From: Rhizobium sp. Q54
Lineage (GTDB): Bacteria; Pseudomonadota; Alphaproteobacteria; UBA2966; CAIVPW01
Assembly: GCA_945904955.1 (NCBI GenBank)
Contig: CAMDPO010000001.1
Span: forward strand, 28,293-92,292
DNA length: 64,000 nt
Direction of reading: 5' to 3'
Under the pieces are notes generated by a model, which was not told the DNA's origin, searched no databases, and saw nothing but the letters and a program-made list of their open reading frames with translations. Of this stretch, positions 43,884 to 53,956 are shown piece after piece; within the stretch, counting starts at the first letter, position 1; each line of letters begins with the position of its first letter. Made by a program: the position numbers and the translations under genes.

Positions 43884-44369
43884 ATGGGCAAGCTCACCCA
43901 CCTCAACGACAAGGGCGAGGCCCACATGGTCGACGTGGGCGCGAAGAGCGTCACCGAGCGCATCGCCCGCGCCGCCGCGACCATCACCATGGAGCCCGCG
44001 ACGCTGGCGTTGATCCTGGAAGGCGGCGTCGCCAAGGGCGACGTCATGGCGACCGCGCGCCTCGCCGGCATCATGGCGGCGAAGCGCACGCCGGATCTCA
44101 TCCCGCTCTGCCATCCTCTGGCGCTGACCAAAGTGTCGGTCGAGCTGACGCCCGACCCGAACCGCAACGCCATCGACATCGTCGCGACCTGCAAGGTCTC
44201 CGGCCAGACCGGTGTCGAGATGGAGGCGCTGACCGCCGCGTCGGTCGCCGCCCTCACCGTCTACGACATGTGCAAGGCGGTCGATCGCGGCATGACCATT
44301 TCGGGCGTTCGCCTCCTCCACAAGTCCGGCGGCAAGTCCGGGACGTGGAACGCCCCCGAAGCCCCCTGA
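43884..44369 (+). CDS. moaC: cyclic pyranopterin monophosphate synthase
   Basis: 161 aa with the MoaC signature ([22 protein letters not shown]). Confidence 0.9.
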   Translation: MGKLTHLNDKGEAHMVDVGAKSVTERIARAAATITMEPATLALILEGGVAKGDVMATARLAGIMAAKRTPDLIPLCHPLALTKVSVELTPDPNRNAIDIVATCKVSGQTGVEMEALTAASVAALTVYDMCKAVDRGMTISGVRLLHKSGGKSGTWNAPEAP

Positions 44370-45577
44370 TTCCCGTCGACGAGGCGCGGCAGCGCATCGC
44401 CGCGGCGATGCGCCCCGTCGGCATCGAAACCGTTCCCCTCGACCAAGCCTTGGGCCGCGTCCTCGCTGAGGACGTCACGGCGCGCGTCAGCCAACCGCCG
44501 GTGGCGGTGTCGGCCATGGACGGCTACGCCGTGCGCGGCGCCGACGTGCAAAGCGTGCCCACCACTCTGCGCCGTGTCGGCGAAGCGCCCGCCGGCGGTT
44601 CCCACCCTGGCACCGTGAAGGCCGGCGAAGCGGTGCGCATCTTCACCGGCGGTCCGGTGCCTGCCGGCACCGACACCGTCGTGCTGCAGGAGAACACCGA
44701 GGCGATCGGCGACCAGGTCGTCGTGCACCAGGTCACCGCGCTCGGCCGCCACGTCCGCGCCGCCGGACTCGACTTCGAAAACGGACAGACTCTGTTGCGC
44801 ACCGGGCGCCGTCTGAGCGCGCGCGACGTAGGCCTCGCCGCCGCGATGAACGTTCCGTCCCTGCGCGTGCGCAAGCGGCCGCGCGTCGCCGTGCTGAGCA
44901 CCGGCAGCGAACTCGTTTCTGCCGGGGGCGCCGTCGGCCCCGCCCGCATCGTCGATGCCAACGGCCCGGCGCTGGCGGCGGTGCTGCGCTCCTTCGGCGC
45001 CGAGCCCGTGTCCCTCGGCATCGCGCGCGACGACGTCGCGACGCTGCAGGACGCCGCCGCGCATGCGCGCGGCACGGACCTCTTCCTCACCTTGGGCGGT
45101 GCCTCGGTTGGCGAGCATGACCTCATTCAGAAGGCGCTCGGCCTGCAAGGCCTAGCCGTCGATTTCTGGAAGGTCGCCATCCGCCCCGGCAAGCCGCTGA
45201 TGTTCGGCCGCCTCGGCGAGCTGCCCGTCCTCGGCCTGCCCGGCAATCCGGTGTCCGCGCTGGTATGCGCGCTCCTGTTCGTGGGCGCCGCCGTCGACGG
45301 ACTGCTCGGCCGTCCGCTCGCAGAACCGACGATCACCGCCACCCTCGGCCGCGACCTCGAAGCGAACGACACGCGCCAGGACTACATGCGCAGCGAGCTC
45401 GTGCGCGGCGCCGACGGGACGCTCATCGCCACGCCGCTGGCGCGCCAAGACTCGAGCATGCTCGCCAGCCTCGCCGCATCGGGTTGCCTGGTCGTGCGCG
45501 CACCGTTTGCCCCGGCGCTCAAGGCCGGCGCGCTCGTACCGATCATCCCGTTCGGCGTCGGTCCCGAAGGCTATTGA
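44345..45577 (+). CDS. moeA: molybdopterin molybdotransferase
   Basis: MoeA domains ([17 protein letters not shown]-like [17 protein letters not shown]). No in-frame ATG, so I chose GTG at 44345, overlapping the moaC 3' end by 25 nt. The start is uncertain. Confidence 0.78.
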   Translation: MERPRSPLIPVDEARQRIAAAMRPVGIETVPLDQALGRVLAEDVTARVSQPPVAVSAMDGYAVRGADVQSVPTTLRRVGEAPAGGSHPGTVKAGEAVRIFTGGPVPAGTDTVVLQENTEAIGDQVVVHQVTALGRHVRAAGLDFENGQTLLRTGRRLSARDVGLAAAMNVPSLRVRKRPRVAVLSTGSELVSAGGAVGPARIVDANGPALAAVLRSFGAEPVSLGIARDDVATLQDAAAHARGTDLFLTLGGASVGEHDLIQKALGLQGLAVDFWKVAIRPGKPLMFGRLGELPVLGLPGNPVSALVCALLFVGAAVDGLLGRPLAEPTITATLGRDLEANDTRQDYMRSELVRGADGTLIATPLARQDSSMLASLAASGCLVVRAPFAPALKAGALVPIIPFGVGPEGY

Positions 45578-45631
45578 TCGGCGGTGTGACTTCGCCGCTT
45601 GGCCTTCGGAAAGGGGGTTGACCCCTTGGGA

Positions 45632-45646
45632 GAACCAAACTAGAAC
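45632..45646. promoter_or_regulatory. alphaproteobacterial LexA box (GTTC-N7-GTTC direct repeat, here read as GAAC-N7-GAAC)
   Basis: GAACCAAACTAGAAC lies about 70 nt upstream of the lexA ATG. A second degenerate site GTTCTACCCCTGGTTC (N8 spacing) follows at about 45668-45683. Confidence 0.6.
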
Positions 45647-45716
45647 GTGTGCCGATGTTTAGCTTTTGTTCTACCCCTGGTTCGTGCCCGGGGCAGACAC
45701 GACGGGGGCGCGGCGC

Positions 45717-46415
45717 ATGTTGACCCGCAAGCAACACGAACTCCTTATGTTCATCAACGAACGGCTCTCGGCCTCGGGGGTTTCGCCCTCGTTCGACGAG
45801 ATGAAGGAGGCGCTCGGCCTGCGCTCCAAATCGGGCATCCACCGCCTGGTGACCGCCCTGGAGGAGCGCGGCTTCATCCGCCGCTTGGCGCACCGCGCCC
45901 GCGCCCTGGAAGTGCTCAAGCTGCCCGAGCAATCGGTGCCCAGTACCACCCCGGCCATCACGCGGGCCTCCGTCATTCGCCCCGATTTTGCCGGCCGCCG
46001 GCCGAGCCTGCCGCCGCCGTCGTCGACCGAGACGCGCACCCTGCCCCTCTACGGCCGCATCGCTGCCGGCACACCCATCGAGGCGCTGCGCGATCAGTCG
46101 AGCTTCGTCGAGGTGCCGACCACCCTGCTTGAAGGCGGCGAGCATTACGCCCTCGAAGTGTCGGGCGACTCGATGGTCGATGCCGGCATCTTTGACGGCG
46201 ACACGGTGATCATCCAGCGCACCGACGCGGCCGACAACGGCACCATCGTCGTGGCTCTCGTCGACAACGAGGAAGTCACCCTCAAGCGGCTGCGCCGCAA
46301 GGGCAACTCTGTCGCGCTCGAGTCGGCCAACGAAGCCTACGAGACCCGCATCTTCGGACCCGATCGCGTCCAAGTGCAGGGCAAGCTCGTCGGCCTCATG
46401 CGCAAGTACAACTAG
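45717..46415 (+). CDS. lexA: LexA repressor
   Basis: N-terminal winged HTH ([15 protein letters not shown]...[20 protein letters not shown]) and the S24 peptidase domain with catalytic Ser (GDSMVDAGI) and Lys (TLKRLRRKG). Confidence 0.92.
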   Translation: MLTRKQHELLMFINERLSASGVSPSFDEMKEALGLRSKSGIHRLVTALEERGFIRRLAHRARALEVLKLPEQSVPSTTPAITRASVIRPDFAGRRPSLPPPSSTETRTLPLYGRIAAGTPIEALRDQSSFVEVPTTLLEGGEHYALEVSGDSMVDAGIFDGDTVIIQRTDAADNGTIVVALVDNEEVTLKRLRRKGNSVALESANEAYETRIFGPDRVQVQGKLVGLMRKYN

Positions 46416-46620
46416 CGGCGCTGGCGCTTCCTTCGCCGGCCGGCATACCCGATGGGTATGCGACGGGCACCGGCAACGTGGTGCAGAAGGTGGCCGAATA
46501 GGCGCCTGACGACGTCAACCCATGGCATAGGCCTTGCTTCGCTGCCGGCAGGACCCTCTGTCCGGTGCCGGCCATGCGTGCTCCTCCTCGTTGCGACTGC
46601 CGCGGCATCGGCCCCCGCGC

Positions 46621-48858
46621 ATGAACGCGTTTCCGGGCCGCACCGCGCTCGCCACCGCCACGGAATCGGCCGATCTGGAGGATGCGCTGCGCGCCGCCGC
46701 CGCCGCGCGCACCGAGCCCTGCCCCTACAAGGCCCTGCCCGACGACGCGCGCTGGGGAGCCGCCGGCTCGGCAATAATTGCCCAGCATGCGCCGCGCTTC
46801 CGCGTGTCGCGCACGACGCGCATCGCCACCGCCGGCAGCTGCTTCGCCCAACACTTCGGGCGCTGGCTGCAGGCCAACGGCTACGCCTACGTCATCGCGG
46901 AACCCGGCCCGCTTGCCCTCGATGCGGAGCAGCAACGCCTGCAAGGCTACGGCGTCTACTCGGCGCGCACCGGCAGTGTCTACACGCCGCGCCAGCTCGT
47001 GCAGCTATTCGACCGCGCCCACGGCGCCTTCGTCCCATCCGAGCACCCGTGGCCCCAGGGCGATGGCTTCGTCGATCCGTTCCGCCCGCGCGTGCAACCG
47101 CTGCCGTTTCCGTCCCTCGAAGCCCTCGCCGCGGATCGCGCCCAACACTTCGCCGCGGTGCGCGAAGCGTTCGCGACCTGCGAGCTGTTCGTCTTCACCC
47201 TCGGCCTGACCGAGGCGTGGCGCAGCCGCGCCGACGGCGCAGTATTCCCGACCTGCCCCGGCTGCGGCGCCGGCACCTTTGCCGCCGCCGACTACGAGTT
47301 CGTGAACTTCAGCGTCGAGGAGACGGAGGCCGACCTCGAGGCATTCGTCGCGCGTCTCGCCGGCGTCAATCCACGCGCCCGCGTGCTGCTCACGGTCTCC
47401 CCGGTTCCCCTCGTCGCGACCATGGCCGGCCGCCCGGCGCTGCAAAGCAGCGTGTACTCGAAGTCGGTTCTGCGCGTCGCTACCCAGCGCGTCCGCGATC
47501 GCCACGCCCACGTCGAATACTTTGCGTCCTACGAGATGGTGACGCACCCGTATCACACCCAGCCGGCCTTCGCCCCGGACCGCCGCACGGTGACGACCGC
47601 CACCGTCGCGCGGGTCATGCAGGCATTCGCGCAGCACTTCGTCTCGGACCATGCCGACGCCGCCGACCCGCCGCCGAACGTGGATGCCGGCGCCATCGCG
47701 CGCATCGAGGCCGCCAGCGACGGCGGGCGCGAACAATCGATCTGCGACGAAGTCGCCGCCTACGCCCTGCAGATGCCGGCGGACGAGCTGCTCGCGTCGC
47801 GCCCCTGGGAGCTCTACGCGGGCACCACCAGCACGGTGTATTGCCCCGCAGAATTCCGCGCTGCGACCGGACAGGTCGACAAGACTCTGTATCCGCCCAT
47901 CGGCTACGAGTTGCGCGCCCACGCCGCCGTGACCTCGTGGCTCGACGCCGTTGGTGCCAGTGCCGGCGACGGAATCACCCTGTGCCTCGGCGGCTCCACG
48001 ACCGCGCGCAGCAGCAACTGGCCCTTCCATCTGCATCGCCTGCTCGGCGCTGGGCCGGTGCTCAACCTAGGCGCCAACGGCTCAGTCGCCGCGTTCGATC
48101 GCCGCATTCTGGCGGCCGTCGCCGAGCCCCTGATCCAACGCGGCATCCCGATCCGTCGTGCCATTCACCTGGTCGGCTACAACGACGTCCACGCCCGCCT
48201 GGTTTCCCTTGCCCGCTTCGCGCGCGGCGAGCAGCCGGACTATGCGAGCGACCACGACTGCGCCGGCATTGTCGGCCTTGTGGCGCCGCCGCGACCGCGT
48301 CTCGGGCACAGCGTGCGGCGGCCGCGCAATGACGACGAAGATCTCTCCCTGTTCCTGCCGGGCGCCGCCTGGGAGCATCACCTGACCCGCATGGTGACTG
48401 CCGCGATCGACGGGGTCGGCGCCGAAGCCTCCCGCCTTGGCATTCCCTTCACCACGGTCCTGCAGCCGATCGCCACGGATCTCTTCTATCCGCTGTACGG
48501 GCGAGTCATGCGCTCGCTGTTCGAGCACGCTGCCGGCGCCGATGTCGCTCCACCGGTGGCCCGCCTGCCCGGCGAATCATTCCTCGCCTGGCGCCGGCGC
48601 AATCATTTCTCGCGCTGTGCCGGCGAGAATGCCGCGATGGCCAAGGCCGCCACCCTGGGCTACGACCTCGACGTCGATGGGATTTACCAAGGGCTCGTCG
48701 ACCACTTCCGCGAGCGCGAGCACGCGGGCTACGTCGACTTGTCGATGGCCTGCATCTACCGCGAGTCGCCGCAGTTCCTCTTCAAGTGGGATGCCTGCCA
48801 CTACAGCCCGGCGGGCGCGGCCATCGTCGCCGACGAAATCCGAAGAGCGCTGCGCTAG
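46621..48858 (+). CDS. two-domain protein: N-terminal GSCFA-family domain fused to a C-terminal SGNH/GDSL-type hydrolase-like domain
   Basis: The literal GSCFA motif (RIATAGSCFAQHFGRWL) is near the N-terminus. The C-terminal half carries SGNH blocks I (ITLCLGGSTT), II (NLGANGS), III (VGYNDV) and V (WDACHYSPAG). Start taken at MNAFPGRT (46621), with an alternative at 46534. Confidence 0.6.
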   Translation: MNAFPGRTALATATESADLEDALRAAAAARTEPCPYKALPDDARWGAAGSAIIAQHAPRFRVSRTTRIATAGSCFAQHFGRWLQANGYAYVIAEPGPLALDAEQQRLQGYGVYSARTGSVYTPRQLVQLFDRAHGAFVPSEHPWPQGDGFVDPFRPRVQPLPFPSLEALAADRAQHFAAVREAFATCELFVFTLGLTEAWRSRADGAVFPTCPGCGAGTFAAADYEFVNFSVEETEADLEAFVARLAGVNPRARVLLTVSPVPLVATMAGRPALQSSVYSKSVLRVATQRVRDRHAHVEYFASYEMVTHPYHTQPAFAPDRRTVTTATVARVMQAFAQHFVSDHADAADPPPNVDAGAIARIEAASDGGREQSICDEVAAYALQMPADELLASRPWELYAGTTSTVYCPAEFRAATGQVDKTLYPPIGYELRAHAAVTSWLDAVGASAGDGITLCLGGSTTARSSNWPFHLHRLLGAGPVLNLGANGSVAAFDRRILAAVAEPLIQRGIPIRRAIHLVGYNDVHARLVSLARFARGEQPDYASDHDCAGIVGLVAPPRPRLGHSVRRPRNDDEDLSLFLPGAAWEHHLTRMVTAAIDGVGAEASRLGIPFTTVLQPIATDLFYPLYGRVMRSLFEHAAGADVAPPVARLPGESFLAWRRRNHFSRCAGENAAMAKAATLGYDLDVDGIYQGLVDHFREREHAGYVDLSMACIYRESPQFLFKWDACHYSPAGAAIVADEIRRALR

Positions 48859-50996
48859 GTTCCGCTCCGCGGTAGGACCCACGGACGCGCGCCGCGCGTT
48901 TGCGCGACGGACTGCACGCGGACGTCGCCGCCGCTGATCCACACGGCGTGCGCGCCGGATCGCCACATGTCCAGGCGATCGAGGACGACGGGCGCGCCAC
49001 AACGGACAAAGACCGCCACGGCCGCGACGACCACGTCCGCCGCACGACAATCCTCGGCCAGCGCCTCCTCGTGCTGCACCAGCGCGACCGTGACGCCGTC
49101 GGTGCGATAGAGGCAGCCAGTGCCGTCGCAACGCAGCCGGCCGTCGCCAGTGGCGTTGCCCGAGGCCGGCCAACGCCCGCCGCTCTCGCGGCCATCGCGG
49201 CGCAGCCAGGTGTCCACCGTGAAGTTGGAACGCGCAGACGAGACCCACAGGCCGCCGTCGGCGGCGCGCACCGCGAGATATGCCGCGTCCTCGCTCACCA
49301 GCACGTCCGGACGTGCGACCAGGACCGTGCTGAATAGGCCGAGCGCCAGCACAGGAATACCCACCAGACGCCAACGCGTCTGCCACAGGCAGAGCCACAG
49401 TCCAGAAATGGTAACCAGCGCGAGCCCGGCGACCGGCATCGCCGGCAGCGTGATGGCGGCGCCCGGCCACTCGGCGACCGCCTTGCCGATCGCCAGCATC
49501 CAATCGATGCCCCAACCCATCGGGTGCAGGGCCATCCATTCGAGACCGAGCGGCATCAAGGCAAATGCGGCGACCGCCCACGGCATGATCCACAGGCCAG
49601 TGATCGGCACGGCGACGAGGTTGGCGGCGAGCGAGTAGGTCGAGAACCGGTCGAAGTGGTAGAGCGCGAACGGCGCCGTGGCGAGACCGGCGACCAATGT
49701 CGAAAGCCCGACGCCGAACAGGTACAGCGCTGCCTTGCGCACGAACCCGGCGTTGCGTCCCCAGCGCGCGAACACCTCACGCGCGAGCTCATAGGCCGCG
49801 ATCAGTGCGACGACGGCCGCGAACGACATCTGGAAGCTCGGGCCGAGCAAGCTGTGCGGAGCGACGAGCAGCACTGCTGCCGCGGCCCACGCGACGAGCC
49901 GCATCGAGAACGGCCGCCGGTCGAGCAGAATCGCCACCATCGCAAGTCCGAGCATCAGGAACGAGCGCTCGGTCGGCGCGTTGGCTCCGGCCAGCAGGAA
50001 GTACCCGAAGCACCCGAGCAGCGCGACCGCCGCTGCCCACTTCTTGATGGGAAAGCGCAAGGCGACGGGCTCGATCGCCGCCAATGCCGCGCGGGTGATG
50101 AAGAACAGAATGCCGGCGAGCAGGCCGAAATGGAGGCCAGAAATCGAGATGATATGGGCGAGACCGGAGTCGCGTAGCGCCGCCCACGTCTTGTCGTCGA
50201 TGCCGGCGCGCTCGCCAGTCGTCAGGGCGGAGGCTACCGCACCAGTTTGTCCGTCGAGAACGGCATGAATGCGTTGGGACAGACCGTGGCGTACCGCCGC
50301 GATCGAGTCGCCCCAGCCAGGGTCGGCCGGCTCGAGCACGGTCGCGGCGGTGACTGCATAGCCGACCGCGCCGATGCGCTCGAACCAGGCTTGGCGCGCG
50401 AAGTCGAACGCGCCGGGCGCCGCCGGGGGCGACGGCGGCAAGAGGACTGCGCGCAGGCTGACGCGTTGGCTCGGCGCAATCGCCGCGCCGCGCGCGCGCA
50501 CCGTCACGCGAATGCGCGCCGGCGTTGCGTCTTGTTCGAGGCCGCTGATGACGACATCGGCCAGCGTAAGGCGCCGATCGTCGGGACGTTGCTCGACGAG
50601 TACCACGCGACCGGTGACAGCGACCGGTCCGATCTCGCGCGGCACCACGGGAGCGGCGACCATCGCCGTGCGAACCTGAGCGGCCGCGAACCCCAGGCCG
50701 CTGACGGCGAGGACGAGCGCGAGCAGCATTCCGCCGGTGCGGGCGCGTAACGCGAATCCGATGGCGATCGCGAGGGCCACCCAGGTCGGACCCAGCCACA
50801 GCGAAGGCTCGAATCGCAGCGCGAAGTAGACGACCACGCCCAGGCCCAGTGCGACCGGGAGCCACAGAGCCCATCGCTCGCGCTCAGCGAGGAAGATGGC
50901 GACGACGCGACGCCACGCCGCCGCTGCGATCAGCGGGCGCGCGGCGGCCGGCGCATCACGCTCCAGGTGCATCGCCCCTCCTCGCGCGAGGCGCAA
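48855..50996 (-). CDS. comEC: ComEC/Rec2 family competence membrane protein
   Basis: 713 aa, multi-pass membrane competence domain (ISGLHFGLLAGILFF) and a C-terminal metallo-beta-lactamase-like region. An alternative start is at 50972. Confidence 0.82.
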   Translation of the reverse strand: MRLARGGAMHLERDAPAAARPLIAAAAWRRVVAIFLAERERWALWLPVALGLGVVVYFALRFEPSLWLGPTWVALAIAIGFALRARTGGMLLALVLAVSGLGFAAAQVRTAMVAAPVVPREIGPVAVTGRVVLVEQRPDDRRLTLADVVISGLEQDATPARIRVTVRARGAAIAPSQRVSLRAVLLPPSPPAAPGAFDFARQAWFERIGAVGYAVTAATVLEPADPGWGDSIAAVRHGLSQRIHAVLDGQTGAVASALTTGERAGIDDKTWAALRDSGLAHIISISGLHFGLLAGILFFITRAALAAIEPVALRFPIKKWAAAVALLGCFGYFLLAGANAPTERSFLMLGLAMVAILLDRRPFSMRLVAWAAAAVLLVAPHSLLGPSFQMSFAAVVALIAAYELAREVFARWGRNAGFVRKAALYLFGVGLSTLVAGLATAPFALYHFDRFSTYSLAANLVAVPITGLWIMPWAVAAFALMPLGLEWMALHPMGWGIDWMLAIGKAVAEWPGAAITLPAMPVAGLALVTISGLWLCLWQTRWRLVGIPVLALGLFSTVLVARPDVLVSEDAAYLAVRAADGGLWVSSARSNFTVDTWLRRDGRESGGRWPASGNATGDGRLRCDGTGCLYRTDGVTVALVQHEEALAEDCRAADVVVAAVAVFVRCGAPVVLDRLDMWRSGAHAVWISGGDVRVQSVAQTRGARPWVLPRSGT

Positions 50997-51050
50997 TCAT
51001 GTGCCGAGGGTGACCGGCCAGCCAAGGCCGCGACGCGCTCGGGCGGCCTT

Positions 51051-51089
51051 CAAAAAAGCGAAAGGGGAGCAAGCAGGGCTTGCTCCCCT
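51051..51089 (-). terminator. rho-independent terminator for the small secreted-protein gene
   Basis: GGGGAGCAAGC-aggg-CTTGCTCCCC stem-loop followed on the minus strand by TTTTTTG, about 25 nt downstream of the stop at 51112. Confidence 0.5.
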
Positions 51090-51111
51090 CGCGCGATGCA
51101 AAGCTTCCGTT

Positions 51112-51441
51112 TTACTGGAAGCTGATCTGGCTGCAGGCGTTGCCCGGAAGGGGCGGCGCACCCGGCTGGCCGAGGCCCGGCCCGGTGTACGTCACATAGA
51201 TAGCGCGGCCCGCGGCGATCGTGGCGGGCACGGAGATATTCGCGGCCACGACGCAGGTGAACGGCGTGTGCGGCACGATGAGGCCGCTGCGCAGAGTCAG
51301 CGTCCGCGTAGCGCCATCCCACGACTGAAAGACCACGTTGGGTGCGCCCTGGTTGGGTCCCCCGAGTTCAGCAGCGAGCGTCACGCCTGGGACCAAGAGA
51401 CCAACTGCAAGAATTCCCGCAGCAATCGTATTCATATTCAT
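51112..51441 (-). CDS. small secreted hypothetical protein (about 109 aa)
   Basis: The start MNMNTIAAGILAVGLLVPGVTLAAE (signal peptide) is preceded by GGAGGAAAAC. The mature part is Gly/Pro/Thr-rich with 2 Cys. The gene is followed by a strong terminator. Confidence 0.45.
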   Translation of the reverse strand: MNMNTIAAGILAVGLLVPGVTLAAELGGPNQGAPNVVFQSWDGATRTLTLRSGLIVPHTPFTCVVAANISVPATIAAGRAIYVTYTGPGLGQPGAPPLPGNACSQISFQ

Positions 51442-51786
51442 GTTTTCCTCCCGAGGAATCGGCTCCGCCAAAGGCTGTCGCAGGGGGTGGTGGACCGTCT
51501 GTAGTTACGCGCTGCCTGGCCCTTCTGGCGGGGTCGGGCACAACGATATCCATTCTCGGGCGGAAGGACAATTGCTCTCCCGATTCAACCTTTGCGGGAG
51601 GTGTCGGTCGTTAGTTTTTCCGGCACAACGATTCTTGGGCGTTCTCTCCTTTACTTTGTCGTTGTGGCCGTTGGCGGTCGGTCGATTCGAAAAATCCTTG
51701 GCACTTCTTGCGGCGACCGTTCGAAACTGGCTCGCGTACACGGAGGGAGGGCAGGGCGCGCGGGCCAACGCGGGGGCGATCCCCAC

Positions 51787-51815
51787 TTGACGAATACGTA
51801 ACGTACCTTACATTG
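51787..51815 (+). promoter_or_regulatory. putative sigma70-type promoter with embedded 11-bp palindrome upstream of the DUF5681-like gene
   Basis: TTGACG, a 16-17-bp spacer containing TACGTAACGTA, then TACATT. It is followed by AGGAGAG and the ATG at 51848. The region 51480-51840 has lower GC than the flanks. Confidence 0.3.
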
Positions 51816-51847
51816 TGGGTTGAATAAGCACGGGATAGGAGAGCCCG

Positions 51848-52416
51848 ATGACCGAACGCTCCGCAACCTCGCCCCCGCCGCCCTCGCCTATTTCAGCCGC
51901 CAGCGTGTCGCCTATTTCGCCGCATGCGGCCGCGCCTATTTCCCGCGCGAAGCCGCGCGGCCGTCCCTTCCAGAAGGGCCAGGGCGGCCGACCAAAGGCT
52001 CGCGCAACAAGCTGACCTTGATGCGGGAGGCCTTGGCCGGTCACCACGCCGATGCCGTCGTGCAGCTCGCCCTCGCAGGAAACCGTCTCGCCACGATCGC
52101 GCTGATGGAGGCGCTCGTGCCGCCGCGCGCGTCGCCGGCCGTCGCAGAGATATCGGAGCCTCTCGATTCGGCGCGTCAGGGTGCGGCTGCCATGCAGACA
52201 GTGGTCGGCCTTGTCAGCAAGGGGGCCCTATCGCCTGCCGAAGGGCTTCGCCTCACGCGCCAGATCGATCGCAGTTGGCGCAAGAGCCACAAGGCCCGGC
52301 TCGCCCGCCTGCTTGCCGACGTCACTGGATCTTCCACCGGCGCGCGGGCATCTCGCGACGTCACGGTGCATGCTACAGATGCCGCCCCAACGAGCCCGCC
52401 CGCGCCGACCCGATAG
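51848..52416 (+). pseudogene. DUF5681-like (phage-associated) protein gene disrupted by a -1 frameshift in a poly-A run
   Basis: Frame A from ATG 51848 reads MTERSATSPPPPSPISAASVSPISPHAAAPISRAKPRGRPFQKGQGGRPK and then terminates. Frame B (ORF 51820..52416) continues as GSRNKLTLMREALAGHHADAVVQLALAGN... The joined sequence recreates the RGRPFQKGQ-GRPKGSRNK motif. The switch occurs at aaa (about 51994-51996), where aaaa would restore the frame. Confidence 0.45.
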
Positions 52417-52432
52417 AGCAGCACGTACATCC

Positions 52433-53869
52433 ATGGCCCCAATCGTTCGCTTCGCCCCCTCGCCCACCGGCTACCTGCACATCGGCAGCGCCCGCACCGC
52501 CCTGTTCAATTGGCTGTTCGCCAAGCACACCGGCGGCCAGTTCCTGCTGCGCGTCGAGGACACCGACGCAGAGCGTTCGACCCAGCCGGCCGTTGCAGCG
52601 ATCTTTGCCGGGCTGCGTTGGCTCGGTTTGAATTGGGACGGCGACGTCGTCCTGCAGTCAAAGCGCGCGCCGCGCCATCGCGAGGTCGCCGAGGCCATGC
52701 TCGCCGCGGGCAATGCCTACCGCTGCTACTGCTCGCCCGCCGAGCTGGAGCAGATGCGCGCCGAGCAGAAGGCCGCCGGCCAGCCCATGCGCTACGACGG
52801 CCGCTGGCGCGATCGCTCGCCGGCGGACGCCCCGCCCGGCGTGAAGCCGGTCATCCGTCTCAAAGCGCCGCGCGAGGGCGAGGTCATCATCAAGGACCTC
52901 GTCCAGGGCGACGTACGCATTGCCGCCGACCAGCTCGACGACATGGTGCTGCTGCGCGCCGACGGCAGCCCGACCTACATGCTCGCCGTCGTGGTGGACG
53001 ACTACGACATGGCGATCACCCACATCATCCGCGGCGTCGATCACCTGAATAACGCGGCGCGCCAGATGCAGATCTACCGCGCCATGGGCTGGACGGTGCC
53101 GGAGTTCGCCCATATCCCGCTCATCCACGGCCCCGACGGCGCTAAGCTGTCAAAGCGCCACGGCGCCCTCGGCGTCGAGGAGTACGAGAAGATGGGCTAC
53201 CGTCCCGAGGCCATGCGCAACTACCTGGCGCGCCTCGGCTGGGCGCACGGCGACGACGAGATCTTCTCGACCAAGCAGGCGATCGAGTGGTTCACCCTCG
53301 ACCGCATCGGCCGCTCGGCGGCGCGCTTCGACTACGACAAGCTGCGCAGCCTGAATTCCCACTACTTGGTGACGGCCGCCACCGAAGACCCCGATGGCCT
53401 GGTGCGCGAGGTGATCGACCGCATCCCGCGCCTCCGCGACATTGACCCGGCCCTGGCGGCCCCGGCCGCCGCTCTGCATCCGGCAGCGGCGGCACGCTTG
53501 AAGATGCTGATGTCCGAGCTCGCCAAGCGGGCCAAGGATATGAACGAGCTCGCCTTCAGCGCGGTGCCGTTCGCGACGAGCGGCGCCTTAGTGATGGATC
53601 CGAAGGCAGAGGCGCTGCTCAAGCCCGAGGCACGCGCCATGCTCGGCCGCCTCGCCACGGCTCTGTCCGCGGTCGCCGAGTGGTCCGTGACCGCCCTCGA
53701 TGTCGCGGTGCGTGCGTTCGCCGAGGCGGAGGCCCGCAAGTTGGGCGACGTTGCCCAGCCGATGCGCGCCGCCCTCGCCGGCCGCACCGTTTCGCCGGGC
53801 GTGTTCGAGGTGATGGTCGCCCTGGGCCGCGACGACAGTTTGACGCGCCTGCGCGCCCAGGCGACGTAG
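52433..53869 (+). CDS. gltX: glutamate--tRNA ligase
   Basis: HIGH ([14 protein letters not shown]) and KMSKS-like (KLSKRHG) class I motifs, 478 aa. Confidence 0.92.
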   Translation: MAPIVRFAPSPTGYLHIGSARTALFNWLFAKHTGGQFLLRVEDTDAERSTQPAVAAIFAGLRWLGLNWDGDVVLQSKRAPRHREVAEAMLAAGNAYRCYCSPAELEQMRAEQKAAGQPMRYDGRWRDRSPADAPPGVKPVIRLKAPREGEVIIKDLVQGDVRIAADQLDDMVLLRADGSPTYMLAVVVDDYDMAITHIIRGVDHLNNAARQMQIYRAMGWTVPEFAHIPLIHGPDGAKLSKRHGALGVEEYEKMGYRPEAMRNYLARLGWAHGDDEIFSTKQAIEWFTLDRIGRSAARFDYDKLRSLNSHYLVTAATEDPDGLVREVIDRIPRLRDIDPALAAPAAALHPAAAARLKMLMSELAKRAKDMNELAFSAVPFATSGALVMDPKAEALLKPEARAMLGRLATALSAVAEWSVTALDVAVRAFAEAEARKLGDVAQPMRAALAGRTVSPGVFEVMVALGRDDSLTRLRAQAT

Positions 53870-53956
53870 CGGGACCTTGGCTTGTCGGCACGGCGATTCA
53901 CCATATACTCCGTAGCAACTCGTACCGCGCCGCCCGGCGCCTAAGGACCCGGCCGC

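Noticed and set aside
46452-48332. 626-aa alternate-frame ORF inside the GSCFA-SGNH gene
   Set aside because: Its product is extremely Arg-rich with no motifs, whereas the 46621..48858 frame carries the GSCFA and SGNH blocks.
51592-51801. 69-aa ORF in the lower-GC spacer
   Set aside because: Its GC3 is poor relative to the genome, it has no RBS, and it overlaps the promoter-like element. More likely it is non-coding.
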